In this document: positions 56,602-64,000 of the stretch, in pieces
Numbering within the stretch: position 1 is the first letter of the stretch
Layout of the letters: each line of letters starts with the position of its first letter
NCBI GenBank assembly: GCA_965267345.1
Contig: OZ253947.1
Location: 330,814 to 394,813 of the forward strand
From: Minisyncoccota bacterium
GTDB taxonomy: Bacteria; Patescibacteriota; Minisyncoccia; Phycocordibacterales; UBA2100
Reading direction: 5' to 3'
Length of the DNA stretch: 64,000 bases
The notes under the pieces: model-generated
Told to the model about the DNA's origin: nothing
Seen by the model: the letters and a program-made list of their open reading frames with translations, nothing else
The model's database searches: none
Translations under genes and position numbers: made by a program

Positions 56602-57504
56602 ATGAAGTCAAAAGTTGTCGCACTTGTAGGCACCAACGCATCGGGGAAAAGCGCATTGGCGCTTGATCTTGCACAGACATACAGCGGAGAGATTATCTCG
56701 GCCGACTCGCGTCATGTATACCGCGGTCTTGATATTGCCACGGGTAAAGTAACGTCCGATGAACAACGTCGTATACCACATCACTGCATCGACATTGCTG
56801 ACCCGCGTGAGCGTTACACTGCGGCTGACTTTGTGCGCGACGGGCGAAATGCCCTGCGCGGCATTTGGCAACGAGATCACCTTCCCTTTGTCGTCGGCGG
56901 CACAGGATTCTATATCGATGCCCTATTGGGTCGCGTCGCACTCGGTGCCGTGCCACCCAATGAGGCGCTCCGCGATGAGCTGGACGCTGTTCCCGCGCAC
57001 GGGCTATTTGAGCGTCTGAACACTATCGATCCCGCACGCGCTGCTGATTTGGCGCGCAAGGGCGAACATACACTGCACCGACGTATTGTGCGTGCACTTG
57101 AAATTGCAACTGCGCCGCAGACGAGCGAAGCCGCACTGCACCTCCCTGCTGGTGTATCCATACTCTGGATTGGCATCGCACTCACCGATGCTGAACTGAA
57201 GGCGCGCATTCGACAACGCACTACCGAACGGCTCTCTCGCGGCATGATTGATGAGGCACGGCATCTGCATGTGCACGGTCTTTCCTATGCGCGCATGGAA
57301 GAGCTTGGTCTTGAGTACAAACATCTGGCGCACTTTTTGCGTGGCGAAATTGATGAACAGGAATTGCGCGAGTGTATTGAGCGAGATGATTGGAAGTATG
57401 CGAAACGCCAGCGTACTTGGTTTAAACGAAATGAAGCTATTGAGTGGTTTACACCTGCACAGATACAAGAGATTGATGCACGAATACGCGAGTTTTTGGC
57501 ATAA
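56602..57504 (+). CDS. miaA: tRNA dimethylallyltransferase
   Basis: P-loop GTNASGKSALA. Start taken at MKSKVV; the upstream extension is rejected. Confidence 0.85.
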   Translation: MKSKVVALVGTNASGKSALALDLAQTYSGEIISADSRHVYRGLDIATGKVTSDEQRRIPHHCIDIADPRERYTAADFVRDGRNALRGIWQRDHLPFVVGGTGFYIDALLGRVALGAVPPNEALRDELDAVPAHGLFERLNTIDPARAADLARKGEHTLHRRIVRALEIATAPQTSEAALHLPAGVSILWIGIALTDAELKARIRQRTTERLSRGMIDEARHLHVHGLSYARMEELGLEYKHLAHFLRGEIDEQELRECIERDDWKYAKRQRTWFKRNEAIEWFTPAQIQEIDARIREFLA

Positions 57505-57533
57505 ATCACTCATATGACGTCATATGAGTGATT
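57505..57533 (+). terminator. perfect palindrome/hairpin AATCACTCATATGACG|TCATATGAGTGATT after miaA
   Basis: 14-bp stem immediately after the TAA stop, followed by a T-rich stretch. Confidence 0.55.
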
Positions 57534-57693
57534 TAGTCCTCTTTTCGATTCCCACACTACTGGTGACTTGAGGGAATCGGTCACCTTTGCTAAGTATTTT
57601 ACATCACTATCGCTCGTAAAATACTAAGCGACGCGACCCCGACGTCGCTGACAAGCCGCTGCCACAGGCAGCTCTTGTATACCAGCGACTCTT

Positions 57694-57711
57694 TTCGATT
57701 CCCTCATCGCC
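57694..57711. repeat. inverted copy of the tRNA-Trp 3' end (TTCGATTCCCTCATCGCC)
   Basis: Exact reverse complement of 57761-57778. The 15-nt CTCTTTTCGATTCCC occurs at 57539-57553 and again at 57689-57703. CCCCGACGTCG occurs at 57637-57647 and again at 57780-57790. Confidence 0.6.
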
Positions 57712-57768
57712 GTGAAATGTAAAAGACCGAAGACATGCTTCGGTCGTAACGTTTCAGGCGGGCGATGA

Positions 57769-57839
57769 GGGAATCGAACCCCCGACGTCGGTTTTGGAGA
57801 CCGAAGTTATACCACTTAACTAATCGCCCGTGAAAAAGA
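57769..57839 (-). tRNA. tRNA-Trp (anticodon CCA)
   Basis: Cloverleaf on the minus strand: GGGCGAT-TA-GTTA..TAAC-TCGGT-CTCCAAA-ACCGA-CGTC-GGGGGTTCGATTCCCTC-ATCGCCC-G. Downstream hairpin terminator at 57725-57745. Confidence 0.85.
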
Positions 57840-57887
57840 GCTCCGTGGTGGAGCTCTCACACTATATCAAACTCTGCTTACTTCTTC

Positions 57888-58049
57888 AGCTCTTTGTGCG
57901 GGCTTTTCTTGCGGCACCACTTACAGAACTTGTTGAGCTCTAGCTTCTCGAGATTTTCACCCTTAATACGACGTGACGTCCAGTAATTAATGCGCTTACA
58001 GTCGCTGCACGCCAGCTTTTTCAATTTATCCTGTGACATAGTTGCCCTA
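57888..58049 (-). CDS. rpmG: 50S ribosomal protein L33
   Basis: 53 aa, MSQDKLKKLACSDCKRINYWTSRRIKGENLEKLELNKFCKWCRKKSPHKELKK, with the CxxC…CxxC zinc ribbon. Confidence 0.8.
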
Positions 58050-58051
58050 CA

Positions 58052-58453
58052 TTACCCAATCCGCCGCGCAGTGTCAACGCTCTGTGGAAACTGGTCTTGG
58101 CGATCATCAAGACCCTCTCCCGTAAACACTTCGAGAATGGTGTTAACGATAAGCCACGCAACCAAAATGATGATGATACCAATCGCCACGGCGGCAAAAA
58201 TGCCGTGTGCTTTTTTGACCTTTTCGGTATTGCCACCTGCCGACAGATAGAGCCAGCCGGCATACGCAAACATCACGGCGGCGATGGGAATCGAAATGAG
58301 AATGAGAAAGTTCAGGATATTGTCAAACAGTGTGATGAGCGCTGCAAAGTCACACTTTGTGTTGACGCCATCACACGGCACGAGTTGCGCAAATGCAATC
58401 GTCGGCAGACTCAGCGCTACACTCATGGCAAGTGTCAGAAGGGCTATTCGCAT
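58052..58453 (-). CDS. small secreted membrane protein (signal peptide plus 2 TM; TrbC/VirB2-pilin-like topology)
   Basis: 133 aa. MRIALLTLAMSVALSLPTIAFA|QLVPCDG… followed by two hydrophobic helices. Its stop lies 2 nt before rpmG. Confidence 0.5.
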   Translation of the reverse strand: MRIALLTLAMSVALSLPTIAFAQLVPCDGVNTKCDFAALITLFDNILNFLILISIPIAAVMFAYAGWLYLSAGGNTEKVKKAHGIFAAVAIGIIIILVAWLIVNTILEVFTGEGLDDRQDQFPQSVDTARRIG

Positions 58454-58543
58454 GCCTGTATAGTAGCACTTTCGCAGTGGTGACACAGTGGCTGTGTGGG
58501 TAGTTATGAAAAGCGCTAGCAAGAGCTGCTAGCGCTTTTCATA

Positions 58544-58629
58544 TGGTGCGCCGGGAGGGATTCGAACCCCCGTAGACCGAAGTCGCGAGGTTTACAGCCT
58601 CGTGCATTTGACCACTCTGCCACCGACGC
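58544..58629 (-). tRNA. tRNA-Tyr (anticodon GTA), long variable arm
   Basis: Minus-strand cloverleaf GCGTCGG…CTGTAAA…GACTTCGGTCTAC-GGGGGTTCGAATCCCTC-CCGGCGC-A-CCA with an encoded CCA. Palindromic hairpin at 58508-58538 downstream. Confidence 0.85.
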
Positions 58630-58692
58630 ATTTCGCGCGCATCTCGAACGCGCATGCTCCGTAATGAGTAGCCGCCCAAGTGTACCAAACTC

Positions 58693-61380
58693 CTAACGCG
58701 AGGCAACTGCCTGCGGCGTTCGCTTTTTGTGAGCACGTTTGCGCGTTGTATTTTTCTTGGCGTTAAATGTAAATTCGTCACCCTTAACACCAACCTTCAC
58801 TACCCCGCCAGCGAGCATGCCCTCAGACACCATCATGGTTGCGATCGGTGTGAGGATTTTACTCTGAATGAGGCGCTTGAGTGGACGGGCACCATAGTGT
58901 GGATCGTATCCGCGCTTTGCCAAATACTCGAGCGCCGGAGCAGAAAGCTGCAACGTGATGTTCTTCTCGGCAAGGCGCTTGGCGACAATGTCTACCTGCA
59001 TTTTGACAATATTCTTAACGGCCGCTTCCGAAAGAATGTCGAAGAGGATGATTTCATCAAGGCGATTGAGGAATTCCGGACGGAAAAAGTCACGCAGTGT
59101 CTTCATCACTTTGTCCTTCGAGTGTGCATACTGCGCCTGCTCGCCCTGATCGGCCGCAAATCCGAGCTGCGACATCTTGTCGATATGCTCAGCACCAAGG
59201 TTGCTCGTCATAATGATAATCGTGTTTTTGAAGTTCACGGTGCGCCCCTTCGCATCGGTCAGGCGGCCGTTATCCAGAACTTGGAGCAGAATGTTAAACA
59301 CCTCTGGGTGTGCTTTTTCAATTTCGTCGAAGAGCAGCACAGAGTACGGTCGGTGGCGCACCTGTTCAGTCAGCGATCCGCCTTCATCGTGGCCGACGTA
59401 GCCTGGTGGTGAGCCGATCATTTTCGACACCGAATGTTTCTCCATGAATTCAGACATGTCCACGCGAATGAGTGCCTGCTCATCGTCGAACATAAACTCT
59501 GCCAAGCCTTTCGTGAGTTCGGTCTTACCGACACCCGTCGGCCCCAAGAATAGGAATGAGCCGATTGGGCGATTCGGGTCGGCAATACCAACACGCGAAC
59601 GCTTAACCGCATCGGCAACACGCTGCACCGCATCATCCTGACCCACAATGCGCTTCTTGAGTGCGTCTTCCATGCGCGCCAGCTTACTGATCTCTTCTTC
59701 GAGCATGCGTGATACGGGAATGCCCGTCCATCGTGATACGACATCCGCCACATCCTCATCGGTAATTTCTTCGCGCAGAATGCGGCGCGAGCTCTGCAAC
59801 TTAGCCAGACGCTTCATTTTTGTCTTGAGCTCCTTCTCCAGTTCGGGAACACGACCGTACCTGATTTCAGCAGCACGTGAAAGATCGGCAACTGCCTCAG
59901 CGCCGTCAGCTTCAATGCGCAGCTCTTCCAGTTCGCGCTTGATCTCTTTAATTGCCGTTAGGGTTTCTTTTTCGTTTTTCCACTTCACCTCAAGCTCGTG
60001 GGTATCTTCTTTCAGATCGGCAATCTCTTTTTCAACTGTTTTGATGCGCGTTTTGGCACCCTTCTCCCCTTCTTCGATGTCTTTGCGCAGTGCCTCACGT
60101 TCAATTTCGAGGCGCATAATTTTGCGATGTGCCTCTTCAAGTTTTGGTGGCTTGTTTTCGAGCGAAATGCGAAGTGCACTTGCCGCCTCGTCAATGAGGT
60201 CAACTGCTTTGTCGGGTAGGTACCGCTCCGTAAGGTAGCGGCTTGAGAGTTCAACAGATGCAACAATTGCGTCATCGGTAATGCGCACGCCGTGGTAGAG
60301 CTCGTACTTCTCTTTAAGCCCGCGCATAATGGCAATCGCGTCTTCAATTGAGGGCTCATTAACGTGGACGGGCTGGAAGCGTCGGGTCAGTGCCGCATCG
60401 CGCTCGATGTGCTTTTGGTACTCATTGAGCGTGGTGGCACCGATCACGCGCAACTCCCCGCGTGCCAGTGCAGGTTTGAGCATGTTTGCGGCATCCTGTG
60501 CCCCTTCGGCAGCGCCGGCGCCCACGATGGTGTGGATTTCATCAATAAACAGAATGATGTCGCCTTCGGCGCGTTCAACTTCTTTCATGATGGACTTGAG
60601 CCGCTCTTCAAATTCGCCGCGAAACTTCGTGCCGGCAATGAGCAGCCCGAGATCAAGTGATACGAGCTCTTTCTCTTTGAGTGATTCGGGTACATCGCCG
60701 CTTGCCATGCGCTGCGCAAGCCCTTCGGCAATTGCCGTTTTACCGACACCCGCCTCCCCGATAAGTATCGGATTGTTCTTGGTGCGACGCGACAAAATTT
60801 GAATGACGCGGGTAATTTCCCGATCGCGGCCGATAACCGGATCAAGCTTATTGTTGCGCGCCAAATCAGTCAGACTGCGCGTGAAGCGCGCCAGTGCACG
60901 ATTTTGCTTTGGCTGCTCCATGTCGGTAATTTTGCCCTCTTTGATATCCGTATAGATGTGCGCAACATCATCGCGGTTAATCTGAAATTGTGCGAGTACG
61001 TCTGCTGCAGTTCCCGGATTATCGAGAATCGCCAACAGGAGGTGCTCAGTAGATACAAACTGATCGTCAAACGAGGAGGCAATGCGCGGCGCACCATCTT
61101 GCAGCACCTGCGCAAGCTCCGGCGTCAGGTAGAGCTGGAATGATGGCGACATCGTTGCACCGCCCTCTCCCCCGTCGAGCGATTCAAGAATAGCATCGGT
61201 GAGGTGGATCGTGTCAATTTCCAGACGCTCCAAAATGGAGATCGTCATACTCTCATCTTGCAGCAAAAGTGCCGCAAGCAAGTGCAGTGGGTTCACGTGG
61301 CTCTGTCCACGCTCAATCGCGAGCTGGTGTGCCCGATGAATTGCTTCCTTGGCTTTTGTGGTGAAATTTTGAAATGGCAT
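58693..61380 (-). CDS. clpB: ATP-dependent chaperone ClpB
   Basis: Two AAA+ modules (Walker A GEAGVGKT and GPTGVGKT) plus the middle coiled-coil domain. Confidence 0.9.
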   Translation of the reverse strand: MPFQNFTTKAKEAIHRAHQLAIERGQSHVNPLHLLAALLLQDESMTISILERLEIDTIHLTDAILESLDGGEGGATMSPSFQLYLTPELAQVLQDGAPRIASSFDDQFVSTEHLLLAILDNPGTAADVLAQFQINRDDVAHIYTDIKEGKITDMEQPKQNRALARFTRSLTDLARNNKLDPVIGRDREITRVIQILSRRTKNNPILIGEAGVGKTAIAEGLAQRMASGDVPESLKEKELVSLDLGLLIAGTKFRGEFEERLKSIMKEVERAEGDIILFIDEIHTIVGAGAAEGAQDAANMLKPALARGELRVIGATTLNEYQKHIERDAALTRRFQPVHVNEPSIEDAIAIMRGLKEKYELYHGVRITDDAIVASVELSSRYLTERYLPDKAVDLIDEAASALRISLENKPPKLEEAHRKIMRLEIEREALRKDIEEGEKGAKTRIKTVEKEIADLKEDTHELEVKWKNEKETLTAIKEIKRELEELRIEADGAEAVADLSRAAEIRYGRVPELEKELKTKMKRLAKLQSSRRILREEITDEDVADVVSRWTGIPVSRMLEEEISKLARMEDALKKRIVGQDDAVQRVADAVKRSRVGIADPNRPIGSFLFLGPTGVGKTELTKGLAEFMFDDEQALIRVDMSEFMEKHSVSKMIGSPPGYVGHDEGGSLTEQVRHRPYSVLLFDEIEKAHPEVFNILLQVLDNGRLTDAKGRTVNFKNTIIIMTSNLGAEHIDKMSQLGFAADQGEQAQYAHSKDKVMKTLRDFFRPEFLNRLDEIILFDILSEAAVKNIVKMQVDIVAKRLAEKNITLQLSAPALEYLAKRGYDPHYGARPLKRLIQSKILTPIATMMVSEGMLAGGVVKVGVKGDEFTFNAKKNTTRKRAHKKRTPQAVASR

Positions 61381-61434
61381 ACAAAAATAGTGTGTGATGA
61401 CTGCACCAATGGCACGTGTGTGCGCTTTCGGCAC

Positions 61435-62286
61435 TTACCGTGCCTGTGCAGCTGTGGTGGTTGCGCCACCGGTGTCTGCCGGTGTATCGCCCTCTGCGCC
61501 GGTGGCAGTCAAGAGCGCGACAACGGCGCGAATGGGAACGAATGCTGCGGGGGCATGCTCTCGTGATGCATGAGTGCTAATGCCGATTGCTTCGCCGTCA
61601 ACATTGATTAACACCGTTCCCGATACAATGTACTTCGGATCAATATCTGTTTCAACATATCCGCCATCACCCAGCGCCGAGACCAAACCGGTGGCAATAG
61701 TTTCCCCGCCGACAAGCGCAACCACCGTTTGACCGAGCTGTAGTGGTATCTCCGATGGCGTTACCGCTTCCTGCGGCAATGTCTCGTCTTGTGGTGGTGC
61801 GAGCAATGCAACGCCGCGTGCGCCACCGTCAGCAACAACAGAGAGCGGCACACGTGTTTCCTCTTCCGCAGCGACGTAGTATGCACCGGATGCTACCAGC
61901 GCGCCGGCGTCTGTGGCGATCGTGCCCGACGCATCAATGCGCACGCCGTACGTAACAACTGCACCCGTACTTCCACTGCGTATTGCAATAATGCGTGACT
62001 TATTTTGTGCCACTGCTGCGGCAATGAGGTCTGCCTCCCGTACAATCACCGTTTTTTCTTTCGTAATCACGGTTGCCTGTTGGTCTGCGGGCGCCACCTG
62101 TTCAACGGTCCGCTCAACCACACGCTGCACCACGCGCGTCACATCAGTTGGCGCTTTTTCAACCAGTGACACCGTAACAATGCCGGTGGCAATAGAGGTA
62201 ACAAACGAGACGAGCAGCGTCAGGAGTACGATTTGTGACTTGTTGAGCTGCTCGAGATTCATATCAGTATAGTACCGCGAAGGCAC
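61435..62286 (-). CDS. membrane-anchored trypsin-like (HtrA/S1C-like) protease domain protein
   Basis: N-terminal TM. C-terminal GTVLINVDGEAIGIST resembles the HtrA GGPLVNLDGEVIGINT. The catalytic triad was not verified. Confidence 0.5.
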   Translation of the reverse strand: MPSRYYTDMNLEQLNKSQIVLLTLLVSFVTSIATGIVTVSLVEKAPTDVTRVVQRVVERTVEQVAPADQQATVITKEKTVIVREADLIAAAVAQNKSRIIAIRSGSTGAVVTYGVRIDASGTIATDAGALVASGAYYVAAEEETRVPLSVVADGGARGVALLAPPQDETLPQEAVTPSEIPLQLGQTVVALVGGETIATGLVSALGDGGYVETDIDPKYIVSGTVLINVDGEAIGISTHASREHAPAAFVPIRAVVALLTATGAEGDTPADTGGATTTAAQAR

Positions 62287-62339
62287 GGCTGCGCCAAATG
62301 CGTGCCCGTACAGACGTATAGTGCCTGCACTCCTTACCG

Positions 62340-63554
62340 TTACCGCGTTGCAAAGGAGCGATACGTCTTGACACCCTCAGCAATACAGTCGAGTGCACGT
62401 TCAATTTCCGTCGTCATCGTCGCACGTCCGAATGAAAGACGTAGTGCGGTCTGCGCGCGCCATGCATCATCAGTACCGGTCAGCGCAGCCACGACGTGTG
62501 ACGCTTTCTGATCGGCACGCTCTAGGCAGGCGCTCTTTGTAGAGAGTGCCACACCGCGCTGATCAACATACAGCGCGATGTACTCTGCGTCGATATCAGG
62601 AATTGACACGTTGACGATATGCGGTGACTGCTTTGCGGCAGTGCCGTTAATGACAGCATCAGAAAATCGCTCACGAATGCCCTGCAGGCACGCTACGCGC
62701 AGTTCACTGTAGTGTGCCGCCTGCTCGGTACGCGTTGTGGTGACTTCATCAAACGCAGCGGCAAAGCCGGCAATAAGTGCGGTATTTTCAGTTCCGGGTC
62801 GCAGCCCATTCTCCTGACTGCCTCCGCGAATCACCGGCTCAAGTGTAACGTCGGGTGCTGCATACAACACCCCCACCCCGCGCGGGCCATAGCATTTGCC
62901 CGAGTCGAGTGTCATCAAGTCAACATTGAGACCGTGTGGCACGAGCGACACGAGTGCTGCCTGACAGGCGTCCGTGTGCACCATCGTGCGCGGGAGTGGC
63001 ACGCCCGCACTGCGTGGTGTGTGCTGATGCACAACCTGCCCAATTGCATGGAGTGGCTGTATGGTGCCGATCTCGCTGTTAACCAACGCAACTGAGACGA
63101 GCACGGTATTTGGCTTGAGTGCCGCAGCAACTGCCTCAGGGCGAATAGTGCCGTCTGCCGACGGCGCGACATAGTCAACAGCAAGCCCGCGCCGCACAAA
63201 TGGCGTCACCACGTCGGCTACTGACGGATGCTCAATGCTGCTGAGCACCACATGACACGCCGACAGTGCAGCTCCCTGCGCTTCAAGTGCCAACAGGAAC
63301 CCTGCAATGGCGAGGTTGTTACCCTCAGTACCGCCGGAGGTAAAGGTGAGTTCGCGAGACTTGACCGCCATGTGCTGCGCAATGCTGCGTCGCGCGTCAT
63401 CGCGAATGCGTGCAGCTGCAAGCCCTTCAGCATACAGTGCCTGCGGGTTTGCAAAAGCCTCTTGCGTCTGCGCGTACGCCTCGCGCGCCACCGCGCTCAC
63501 CGGCGTCGCTGCGGCGTAATCAAGAAAAATGCGTGGCTGTGTATCACTCGACAT
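62340..63554 (-). CDS. cysteine desulfurase (aminotransferase class V; IscS/NifS/SufS-like)
   Basis: PLP-dependent fold with the catalytic Cys region (…SACLERADQKASHV…) and the SGGTEGNNLAI motif. Confidence 0.85.
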   Translation of the reverse strand: MSSDTQPRIFLDYAAATPVSAVAREAYAQTQEAFANPQALYAEGLAAARIRDDARRSIAQHMAVKSRELTFTSGGTEGNNLAIAGFLLALEAQGAALSACHVVLSSIEHPSVADVVTPFVRRGLAVDYVAPSADGTIRPEAVAAALKPNTVLVSVALVNSEIGTIQPLHAIGQVVHQHTPRSAGVPLPRTMVHTDACQAALVSLVPHGLNVDLMTLDSGKCYGPRGVGVLYAAPDVTLEPVIRGGSQENGLRPGTENTALIAGFAAAFDEVTTTRTEQAAHYSELRVACLQGIRERFSDAVINGTAAKQSPHIVNVSIPDIDAEYIALYVDQRGVALSTKSACLERADQKASHVVAALTGTDDAWRAQTALRLSFGRATMTTEIERALDCIAEGVKTYRSFATR

Positions 63555-63600
63555 ATGTGCTCACCATTGTAAGCAGCAAAGCGGTAATGTCCATGCTACA

Positions 63601-64000
63601 ATGCCGCGCATGGACAGCATGGTATCAGCAGACATCTGGACGCAGCTCACTGACTTACTGCCCCTCATTGCCCTTGGTGGAGTCGTCCTGCTGCTTATCT
63701 GGAACGGACTACTTGAATGGCGCCTCCGTCGCGCAACGCGTGGTAGCAAAGGAGAAAACCTCGAACAGCATATTGCGCGCATCGCGCGTGACTACGAAGA
63801 ATTCGTGGCATTTCGCGATGCGACACGCGGCACTCTCGCAACGCTCGACACCCGCATGCGCGGGAGTATCAGCGGCGTGGGATTGGTAAAATTTAACCCC
63901 TTTGCGGGTCACGGTGCGAGCAAACCAAGCTTCGCAGCTGCATTTGTAAGCGAAGACGGTAGCGGCGTGATTATTTCAACACTCCACGCACGCGAGAGCG
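63601..64000 (+). CDS. DUF4446-like membrane-anchored protein (partial, runs off the window end)
   Basis: Open frame with no stop to the window end. N-terminal TM (LLPLIALGGVVLLLIWN) and the conserved GVGLVKFNPFAG…VIISTLHARES. Absent from the ORF track because it is incomplete. Confidence 0.5.
   Translation, partial: MPRMDSMVSADIWTQLTDLLPLIALGGVVLLLIWNGLLEWRLRRATRGSKGENLEQHIARIARDYEEFVAFRDATRGTLATLDTRMRGSISGVGLVKFNPFAGHGASKPSFAAAFVSEDGSGVIISTLHARES

Noticed and set aside
57620-57712. Possible second tRNA on the plus strand ending in TTCGATTCCCTCATCGCC
   Set aside because: No complementary T-stem, D-arm or anticodon arm can be drawn. It is a fragment copy of tRNA-Trp, not a gene.

Overview
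This 64-kb window reads as a compact bacterial chromosome of about 55-60% GC, on one strand-switching backbone of housekeeping genes. Several features suggest a reduced-genome lineage, possibly Patescibacteria/CPR-like, though that is inference only: a short AlaRS, an archaeal-type AspRS/AsnRS, mraY-ftsW-murG without intervening mur genes, and many tiny intergenic gaps.

Backbone, in order along the window:
- a nuclease/repair cluster: an ATP-cone/Mrr-like nuclease, MgtC, a Cas4-like Fe-S nuclease and Ogt
- an M16 peptidase and alaS
- an FtsA/PilM-like ATPase followed by a large membrane-anchored protein
- the ribosomal/RNA polymerase block infA-rpmJ-rpsM-rpsK-rpsD-rpoA-rplQ and rplM-rpsI
- grpE, a small RHH gene, dnaK and dnaJ
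- plsC plus an acyl-ACP-reductase-like gene, and an orphan 7TM histidine kinase
- trpS, aspS, pepA, scpA/scpB, a DD-carboxypeptidase, mraY, ftsW, murG, gltX and an M23 peptidase
- a low-GC island (described below)
- a PNPOx-like protein, an FAD oxidase, an SPFH protein, a DnaQ-like exonuclease, rpmA, rplI, a C-terminal processing protease, corA, cysS, dnaB, recR, rplU, rmuC, a P-type ATPase, yqeY, an MFS transporter and miaA
- tRNA-Trp, rpmG, a small secreted membrane protein and tRNA-Tyr
- clpB, a trypsin-like protease, a cysteine desulfurase and a partial DUF4446-like gene

The most unusual part is a roughly 5.4-kb low-GC island at 34112-39512, where no gene could be assigned a family or function. 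It contains:
- about 1 kb of AT-rich non-coding DNA with repeated TGTACGAC motifs and DnaA-box-like sequences
- a two-gene operon convergent with a gene that is bracketed by 20-nt direct repeats
- a 16-nt exact repeat present twice
- a non-coding stretch dense in hairpins
- a tandem array of four, possibly five, tiny single-TM protein genes of 33-67 aa, each with its own TTGACA-type promoter, strong AAAGGAGG ribosome-binding site and intrinsic terminator; three of them share a (P)(R/K)xWA(F/R) motif before the helix, and two share a terminator hairpin with the same TTGAAT loop

Four other noteworthy points: an ATP-cone/Mrr-like nuclease fusion; an RHH (MobC/CopG-like) gene in the usual hrcA position, with a palindrome-containing promoter, upstream of dnaK; an AAR-like reductase beside plsC; and shuffled tRNA-Trp fragments between miaA and tRNA-Trp. 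Another AT-rich, foreign-looking segment sits at 1-400.
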